Under the pieces are notes generated by a model. That model made no database searches. It was not told where the DNA came from and saw only the letters and a program-made list of their open reading frames with translations. A program made the translations under genes and the position numbers. From the IMG/VR virus record IMGVR_UViG_2526164628_000009: 4,491 nt of DNA. One strand, 5' to 3'. This DNA is from a virus. Taxonomy: Duplodnaviria; Heunggongvirae; Uroviricota; Caudoviricetes. This document shows positions 1 to 4,491 of the stretch, piece by piece. Numbering within the stretch: the first letter of the stretch is position 1; each line of letters starts with the position of its first letter.

Positions 1-51
1 GAAACTCCTTTCAGTCAGAGGCGACGCACTGCGCCGCCTGCATATTACTTA

Positions 52-564
52 TCAGCCAAGCCCAAGCGCGGAACGGATGCGATCGGGCACAATGTCCTTG
101 CCGTCCTTCCGGTAAATGAAGTTCAGCAGGTCAATCTCCCACAACGGGCGATCGTTAACACTCAGCTTGTAGTAGGTGTTTTTAATGGCGTAAGTGTGTG
201 ATGTGGCTTCGCCCTGTTTGGCTTCCCCCATATCAATTTCCGTCACACGTCCGCGCATCTCGATTTCATACAGATCGCTTTCTGCATCGGTGTAGTATTC
301 ACCCGCAAAACGCAGCAGCGTGCCGTCAATCGTGCCGCCATATTTAAGGAACAGCGCACGAACAGCTCCCCCCATAACAAAACTCGCATCAAGCGCGGAG
401 TCGTCCAGACCGAGATCAATACTTACCGCACCCATCATGCCACCACCACGATAGCTGTCGGTTTTGCGCGTCAGTTTAGGCAGGGTGACGGACGTCACCT
501 TACCCACTTCGTTTTCACCATCCACAAACAGACGTAAAAAGCGAAGATGTTTTGGTACAGCCAT
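52..564 (-). CDS. FII: P2-like phage major tail tube protein (gpFII family)
   Basis: 170-aa ORF. The translation (MAVPKHLRFL...LPKLTRKTDSYRGGGMMGAVSIDLGLDD...) resembles P2 FII as I remember it (conserved LPKLxRKTxxYRxGGMxGAVxIDLGLDD block). The ATG at 564..562 overlaps the FI stop in a TGATG arrangement, and the minus-strand sequence just upstream reads GGGAGG, a good RBS. Sits immediately downstream of the sheath gene, as in P2. Confidence 0.9.
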   Translation of the reverse strand: MAVPKHLRFLRLFVDGENEVGKVTSVTLPKLTRKTDSYRGGGMMGAVSIDLGLDDSALDASFVMGGAVRALFLKYGGTIDGTLLRFAGEYYTDAESDLYEIEMRGRVTEIDMGEAKQGEATSHTYAIKNTYYKLSVNDRPLWEIDLLNFIYRKDGKDIVPDRIRSALGLG

Positions 565-1748
565 CAGACACCTCCCAGCACCGCAAATGCGGGACCAAAG
601 AATTCATCAGTAAACGACTGGTAAAGCTCCATGTCTTCCAGCGGGGGAACAGGCGTATATTTGTAGCGAATACGCACACGCCCCTGACGTAAATTCGTGG
701 TGCCGTTATCCACCACGTCATACCAGCACGACGCCCCAATCAGTTTCCCGGCAGTAACCAGTGAATCCAGTTTTGCCCTGATGGCACTGATAACATCTTT
801 CACGTTCGCAGGCGTCACTGGACTGTCGATGGTTTCAAACTGCGCTTCCGCAATTGAATCAGCCAGCACCTGTGCGGTTCGGGTATACACCTCAAAGATG
901 TAGGCGTTCGTTTCCGGTGTGCGGTTGCCCCAGAAGCGGAACCCGTTGCGACGAATAATGGTCGTGATTTCTTTGTTGTTGAGGCTGTTGGCATCGCTGT
1001 CTTCGGCCTGCAACGACCAGAACACATGCCTGGACATCCCCAGCACATTTTTAACCGGAACGTTGGACAGCGATTTGTGCCAGCCCTGTTCATGGTCAAT
1101 GTACGCACGGAGGCCGCACGCATAGGCAGGCGCGGGGAACGTTTCGTTTTTGCCACTTTTGGGGTTGTAGGCGATGAAGTCCGGCCATAAGAGCATTACC
1201 TCACGTTCGTTGAATTTCTGGCGGTAGGTAATCGCCTCAGCCATCGTGTTACAGCCGTGACATGAGGCATACACAAACGCGCGCAGTTTACCTGCAATCA
1301 CGCACAGGGATTTTGTTACAGCCTCCGTGTCCAGCTCCGGCGCGGCCAGAATACGCGGACGGTATCCGATGCTTTCATCCTGCTCTGCAACAAGCAGCGC
1401 ATACATCCCCGTATAGCTGCCGTCAGATTCAGAACCACCGATAACCAGTTGATCCTGCGTCTTTCCGTCTTCTTCTTTGTGTTCAGCCACGCGAACGACG
1501 ATCACCTTTGTGCTCACCTGGTCTGCGATGGCCTTAAGCGCACGATAAAGCGTCCCCGTTGTCCCGCATTTTCCCAGCACGTCATTGACGCGGGTCAGCA
1601 GTGTGGGCTTGTTCAGCGGGAACAGCTTCGCGTCCGCATCATCCGCCGTTGCCACGATACCGATAACGCTGGAATCAACATCGTTAATCGCTGTTACCAG
1701 GTCGGTATTTTCCGTAACACGGGCACCATGAAAACGAGTTTCACTCAT
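564..1748 (-). CDS. FI: P2-like phage contractile tail sheath protein (gpFI family)
   Basis: 394-aa ORF, close to the 396 aa I recall for P2 FI. Shared blocks include FPLNKP near the N-terminus, LRAFxYxSxxGCxT...YRQxFxxRExMxxWPDF, EQGWHK(S/T)LSNV, RRxGFRFWGNRT, YTRTAQVxAD and the C-terminal YxYTPVPPLE. An RBS-like AAGGGG lies upstream on the minus strand. Its stop overlaps the FII start, indicating translational coupling. Confidence 0.95.
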   Translation of the reverse strand: MSETRFHGARVTENTDLVTAINDVDSSVIGIVATADDADAKLFPLNKPTLLTRVNDVLGKCGTTGTLYRALKAIADQVSTKVIVVRVAEHKEEDGKTQDQLVIGGSESDGSYTGMYALLVAEQDESIGYRPRILAAPELDTEAVTKSLCVIAGKLRAFVYASCHGCNTMAEAITYRQKFNEREVMLLWPDFIAYNPKSGKNETFPAPAYACGLRAYIDHEQGWHKSLSNVPVKNVLGMSRHVFWSLQAEDSDANSLNNKEITTIIRRNGFRFWGNRTPETNAYIFEVYTRTAQVLADSIAEAQFETIDSPVTPANVKDVISAIRAKLDSLVTAGKLIGASCWYDVVDNGTTNLRQGRVRIRYKYTPVPPLEDMELYQSFTDEFFGPAFAVLGGV

Positions 1749-1905
1749 AGCTTTAGCCCCTTGTATCCGTTAAATGATTCGGCAACAATCATCACCCACC
1801 ACGCGCGTAATCTCACCCCTGTGCCGTTCTCCCGATCCGGCGACAACAAAAAGCAGTAACCCCCTCCGCACGCACATGCGACCATGCCGCACAGGGAGGG
1901 AACAG
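1749..1905. promoter_or_regulatory. Divergent intergenic region between the FI and D start codons; expected site of late promoter(s)
   Basis: 157-bp non-coding gap between two head-to-head tail genes, each with its own Shine-Dalgarno sequence (AAGGGG for FI, GGGAGGG for D). I found no exact TGT-N12-ACA Ogr box by eye, so promoter positions are not assigned. Confidence 0.4.
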
Positions 1906-3015
1906 ATGACCGATACCACCATGCAATTGCTCAGTCAGGGCACAGACCCCGTGAAAATGCCGGATTTTGATATTCTCGCGGAGGGTAAAACGCTGTCAGG
2001 CGTGGCAGAGCGCCTGATGAGCCTGTCACTGACCGACAACCGGGGATTTGACGCGGACCAGCTCACCATCACGCTGGATGATGCGGATGGTCAGTTGCAG
2101 CTACCGCCACGGGGCGCGCGCCTGACGGTTCTCATTGGCTGGAAAGGAGAACCGCTGACAGAAAAAGGCACTTACATTGTTGATGAAATCGCTCACGAAG
2201 GACCGCCGGACAGGCTGACTGTTTCAGCCAGAAGCGCAGATTTTCGGGATGAATTTAACGTTAAACGTGAGGTGTCCTGGCATGATGTGACCGTTGAGCG
2301 TGTGGTATCCGCCATCGCTCATCGGTATGGTCTGAAACCGCAAATCAGCGAAATGCTGATGGATATCGAAATCGACCACGCCGACCAGACCGAAGAAAGC
2401 GACATGTCCTTCCTTACGCGCATGGCGGAAATGCTGGGCGCAATCACCACGGTAAAAAGCGGTAATCTGTTATTCATTATGCCAGGCGGTGGCGTGAACG
2501 CACAGGGCCAGCCGTTGCCATCGTTCGCCATCACGCGCAGCAGTGGCGATCGCCATCAGTTCCGCATTGCTGACCGCGAAGCGTATACGGGGGTACGCGC
2601 TTACTGGCTTGATCTTAATTACGGGAAAAAGAAAAAAGTCAGCGTGAAACACCGCAAACCGCCAAAACCCAAAAAGGAGAAAAGCAGCAGCCGCGAAGGT
2701 GATTATATGGAAGGCGCGGAAGGCAATGTGTTTGTGTTACGCAAGACTTATCAGAACGAGCAGGCAGCAAGACGCGCAGCGGCGGCAAAGTGGCAGCAGC
2801 TACAACGCGGAGCCGCATCATTCTCCATCACGCTGGCATGTGGTCGTGCAGAACTCTACCCCGAAATGCATGGCACGGTAACAGGATTTAAAAGCGAGAT
2901 TGATAATCAGGACTGGATTATTGCAAAAGCCGAGCACACCATCGATAACAGCGGCTTTACCACGCAGCTTGAGCTTGAGGCAAAAATCCCGGAATGGATA
3001 GCAGAAACAGAGTGA
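1906..3015 (+). CDS. D: P2-like phage tail protein D (gpD, late control gene D family)
   Basis: The ORF track gives 1774..3015, but the upstream extension has no RBS. The ATG at 1906 is preceded by GGGAGGG at about -7 to -13. The 369-aa product has the gpD-like C-terminal half (AYTGVRAYWLD, a Lys-rich linker, NVFVLRKTYQNEQAARRAAAAKWQQLQRGAASFSITLA) and lies directly upstream of ogr as in P2. Confidence 0.88.
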   Translation: MTDTTMQLLSQGTDPVKMPDFDILAEGKTLSGVAERLMSLSLTDNRGFDADQLTITLDDADGQLQLPPRGARLTVLIGWKGEPLTEKGTYIVDEIAHEGPPDRLTVSARSADFRDEFNVKREVSWHDVTVERVVSAIAHRYGLKPQISEMLMDIEIDHADQTEESDMSFLTRMAEMLGAITTVKSGNLLFIMPGGGVNAQGQPLPSFAITRSSGDRHQFRIADREAYTGVRAYWLDLNYGKKKKVSVKHRKPPKPKKEKSSSREGDYMEGAEGNVFVLRKTYQNEQAARRAAAAKWQQLQRGAASFSITLACGRAELYPEMHGTVTGFKSEIDNQDWIIAKAEHTIDNSGFTTQLELEAKIPEWIAETE

Positions 3016-3057
3016 GCAACTTAGAATAGCAGCAGCACCACGTTAAGGGAGGTCGCT

Positions 3058-3318
3058 ATGTTCCGTTGTCCGCTTTGTGGCGCATCTGCCCGTATCCGCA
3101 CCAGTCGTCCGGAAAATGATTCAAACACCGTGCGGCAAAAGTATTACCAGTGTAACAACCTGGAATGCGGCGTATGCTTCTCAACACTGGAAGCTTTCCA
3201 TAAATTCACATCAAAACACACCTCCGGCGTTCACTCTTCAGAAGGTATCCCGTGGCATGAGCTGCCAGCTTCACACAGGGGAAACAATCAGATGAGTTTG
3301 CCTTTACCTCAGAATTAA
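3058..3318 (+). CDS. ogr: Ogr/Delta-family zinc-finger late transcription activator
   Basis: 86-aa ORF starting MFRCPLCG...RTSR...YYQCNNLECGVCF, matching the CPxC...C-x4-C zinc-finger layout and N-terminal MFHCPLC...ARTSR signature of P2 Ogr and 186 B as I remember them. Strong RBS (AAGGGAGG) upstream. It is about 14 residues longer than the 72-aa P2 Ogr I recall. Confidence 0.85.
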   Translation: MFRCPLCGASARIRTSRPENDSNTVRQKYYQCNNLECGVCFSTLEAFHKFTSKHTSGVHSSEGIPWHELPASHRGNNQMSLPLPQN

Positions 3319-3509
3319 CAGGCAGAATTGCCGGAGTAACAAAAAAGCGATAGATTACGCGCGGGTGCCTTTCGGCTGATGGTCGGAGGGAATACCCGAA
3401 GGCCAGATGTGGAAAGGCCCCGGAAAACATTTCTGTTTAACCGAGGCCCTAACATATCTACCTTAAGCAAGTGATAGGTTAGCGCCTCTCCAACAAAGGA
3501 GCAAGCGCT

Positions 3510-3650
3510 ATGTCGCAAAAATCGCTTACGGCCATCACGTTCTGCGTGACGGTAATCCTCATCATCTGGATGCTACACGGTTCGCTGTGTGAAATACGGA
3601 TGAGCTTCTGGGGAGCGGAGTTTGCGGCGTTCTTACAGTGTAAGCAGTAA
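3510..3650 (+). CDS. Hok/Gef-family type I toxin (small membrane-active host-killing peptide)
   Basis: Absent from the ORF track, probably below its length cutoff. ATG at 3510 is preceded by AAGGAG (3496..3501). Hand translation gives 46 aa, MSQKSLTAITFCVTVILIIWMLHGSLCEIRMSFWGAEFAAFLQCKQ, with a single N-terminal transmembrane helix followed by the SLCEIR motif and the E-x-AAF motif characteristic of Hok/Gef/RelF peptides. TAA stop at 3648..3650. Confidence 0.8.
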   Translation: MSQKSLTAITFCVTVILIIWMLHGSLCEIRMSFWGAEFAAFLQCKQ

Positions 3651-3659
3651 GGAAACCGC

Positions 3660-3681
3660 GACGGGGGAGCAATCCCCCGTC
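3660..3681 (+). other. Stable stem-loop in the hok-like 3' UTR (9-bp GC-rich stem, GCAA tetraloop)
   Basis: GACGGGGGA (3660..3668), loop GCAA, then TCCCCCGTC (3673..3681), a perfect inverted repeat. It is not followed by a U-tract, so it is probably an mRNA stability or folding element rather than a terminator. Confidence 0.6.
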
Positions 3682-3738
3682 AATCGGTTGCTAAGGTTGG
3701 CTGAAGTGGCACCCTATCTCACAGACATGAACAACAAA

Positions 3739-3770
3739 CCCGCAGCGTAAGAACTGCGGGTTTTCTTTTT
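3739..3770. terminator. Rho-independent terminator, plausibly bidirectional, between the convergent hok-like gene and the minus-strand cargo gene
   Basis: CCCGCAG (3739..3745), 8-nt loop, CTGCGGG (3754..3760), then TTTTCTTTTT (3761..3770) on the plus strand. On the minus strand the same stem is followed by TTTGTTGTT, so it could terminate transcripts from both directions. Confidence 0.75.
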
Positions 3771-3838
3771 GGAACTATCACTAGCTAGTGTACCGTTAAC
3801 GGCACATAATGCTCGCACAACAAACCTGTTAAAAGAGA

Positions 3839-4120
3839 TTACTCAGCATTCTCCTGCTTCCATTGCCGGATCATTTCATCGGTAACATCACCCTCATAAC
3901 ATACCACGTCATACCCTCCATTACGGCTATATGCACTGCGTCCACCACATCTACTACCATTCCTTGCATGATTATAAGGACACGCACAATTGCCTGGATA
4001 AGATTCAATGGATTCTTTAATTATTTCTTTTTTGATCTGAGCATCAGACTTTCCTGTTGCTGCATATCCGCTAAAAGATACTAAACAAAGGCAGATTGCC
4101 ATTAATAAACCACATCGCAT
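3839..4120 (-). CDS. Small exported cysteine-rich protein of unknown function (predicted signal peptide, about 70-aa mature part)
   Basis: The 131-aa ORF-track entry starts at a TTG with no RBS. The more plausible start is the ATG at 4120..4118, giving 93 aa: MRCGLLMAICLCLVSFSGYA|ATGKSD..., with a basic n-region, hydrophobic core and an AxA-like cleavage site. The mature part has four Cys (GNCACPY...SRCGG...VVCY). The gene is clearly more AT-rich than the flanking phage genes. Start choice and function are uncertain. Confidence 0.5.
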   Translation of the reverse strand: MRCGLLMAICLCLVSFSGYAATGKSDAQIKKEIIKESIESYPGNCACPYNHARNGSRCGGRSAYSRNGGYDVVCYEGDVTDEMIRQWKQENAE

Positions 4121-4264
4121 ACCGATACACTCTATTACTAACCAATCATAGCCCACATCATAAAATCGAGATGAGGAGTACAATACCTTTAACAAGAAGG
4201 TGTCATAACGATAATATGTCGTGCAATTCATCAAAAAAAAGATCTATATCAAAGAGATAGAACT

Positions 4265-4491
4265 TGGATTTGCCCCTATATTTCCAGACACCTGTTATCA
4301 CTTAACCCATTACTGGCCTGCTGCCGCAGATATTCCCGTGGCGAGCGATAACCCAGTGCACTATGCGGATGCCATTCGTTATAATGCTCGAACGCCTCTG
4401 CAAGGTTCTTTGCTGCCGTTAACCCGTCTGGTTTAGGCATGATACTGATGTAGTCACGCTTTATCGTTTTCACGAAGCTCTCTGCTATGCC
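4265..4491 (-). mobile_element. IS2 (IS3 family) insertion sequence, terminal 227 bp, truncated by the window edge
   Basis: From 4265 the plus strand reads TGGATTTGCCCCTATATTTCCAGACACCTGTTATCACTTAACCC, the reverse complement of the IS2 terminus (...GGGTTAAGTGATAACAG.TGTCTGGAAATATAGGGGCAAATCCA) as I remember it. The adjacent minus-strand frame encodes the IS2 OrfB C-terminus. Confidence 0.85.
4276..4491 (-). CDS. insD: IS2 transposase OrfB (InsD) C-terminal fragment; the 5' part lies beyond the window
   Basis: The minus-strand frame is open to the window edge: [71 protein letters not shown]. The [15 protein letters not shown] block is the typical IS3-family integrase-core C-terminus. The ORF-track M at 4473 is a GTG inside this frame, not a true start. 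Confidence 0.8.
   Translation of the reverse strand, partial: GIAESFVKTIKRDYISIMPKPDGLTAAKNLAEAFEHYNEWHPHSALGYRSPREYLRQQASNGLSDNRCLEI

Noticed and set aside
515-1859. ORFs overlapping the FI sheath gene (515..739 -, 697..903 +, 815..1156 -, 919..1125 +, 1262..1444 +, 1449..1859 +)
   Set aside because: All lie inside or antisense to a well-supported 394-aa sheath gene. They are alternative-frame artefacts typical of GC-rich coding DNA, with no RBS or recognisable protein features.
1774-1905. N-terminal extension of the gpD ORF in the track (MIRQQSSPTTRV...)
   Set aside because: The ATGs at 1774 and 1876 have no Shine-Dalgarno sequence, whereas the ATG at 1906 has GGGAGGG upstream. The extension is low-complexity and lies in the divergent promoter region.
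2620-2700. A-rich tract in gene D (GGGAAAAAGAAAAAAG, Lys-rich KKKKVSVKHRKPPKPKKEK) as a possible frameshift or slippery site
   Set aside because: The reading frame continues uninterrupted through it to a gpD-like C-terminus. It is most simply a basic linker, with no evidence of programmed frameshifting.
2319-2881. ORFs inside gene D (2319..2534 -, 2470..2652 -, 2639..2821 -, 2699..2881 +)
   Set aside because: Embedded in or antisense to gpD, with low-complexity translations and no independent support.
3077-3518. ORFs overlapping or antisense to ogr and the hok leader (3077..3295 +, 3206..3430 -, 3315..3518 -)
   Set aside because: 3077..3295 is an alternative frame of ogr. The two minus-strand ORFs are antisense to ogr and the hok leader, with no RBS and unconvincing translations. 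The leader region is flagged only as a possible antisense-RNA location, not as a coding call.
3319-3838. P2 attP core or a tRNA/sRNA integration target after ogr
   Set aside because: I looked for the P2-type att core (the CyaR 3'-end-like sequence ...GCCCGTGTAAGGGAG...) and for a tRNA-like cloverleaf. Neither is present, so the region is cargo rather than the prophage end.
4121-4234. N-terminal 38 residues of the 131-aa minus-strand ORF (MMNCTTYYRYDTFLLKV...)
   Set aside because: The track start is a TTG and the following ATG (4231..4229) has only a T-run upstream. The internal ATG at 4120 gives a textbook signal peptide, so the extension is treated as non-coding 5' region.
3863-4436. Plus-strand ORFs 3863..4084 and 4221..4436
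   Set aside because: The first is antisense to the Cys-rich gene in AT-rich DNA. The second runs across the IS2 terminal inverted repeat into the antisense of the transposase. Neither is credible.
1-4491. CRISPR arrays or tandem repeats
   Set aside because: No regularly spaced direct repeats were seen. The only repeats are short hairpins and palindromes and the IS2 terminal repeat.

Overview
This window is a P2-like (Peduovirus-type) prophage tail and late-control segment, most likely in E. coli or Shigella given the IS2 at the right edge. The minus strand carries the tail sheath gene FI (564..1748) translationally coupled to the tail tube gene FII (52..564). The plus strand carries tail gene D (1906..3015) and the Ogr-type zinc-finger late activator (3058..3318). 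FI and D are head-to-head across a 157-bp intergenic region, which differs from the co-directional FI-FII-E-E'-T-U-D operon of phage P2. Downstream of ogr, where P2 has attP/int, there is cargo instead: a 46-codon Hok/Gef-family type I toxin gene (3510..3650) that the ORF track missed, with a strong RBS, a stable GNRA-loop hairpin in its 3' UTR and an intrinsic terminator. Beyond that lies an AT-rich island encoding a small signal-peptide-bearing, four-cysteine protein on the minus strand (3839..4120), abutted at 4265 by the terminus of an IS2 copy that runs off the window. All protein identifications are from reading the translations against remembered family sequences; no searches were run.
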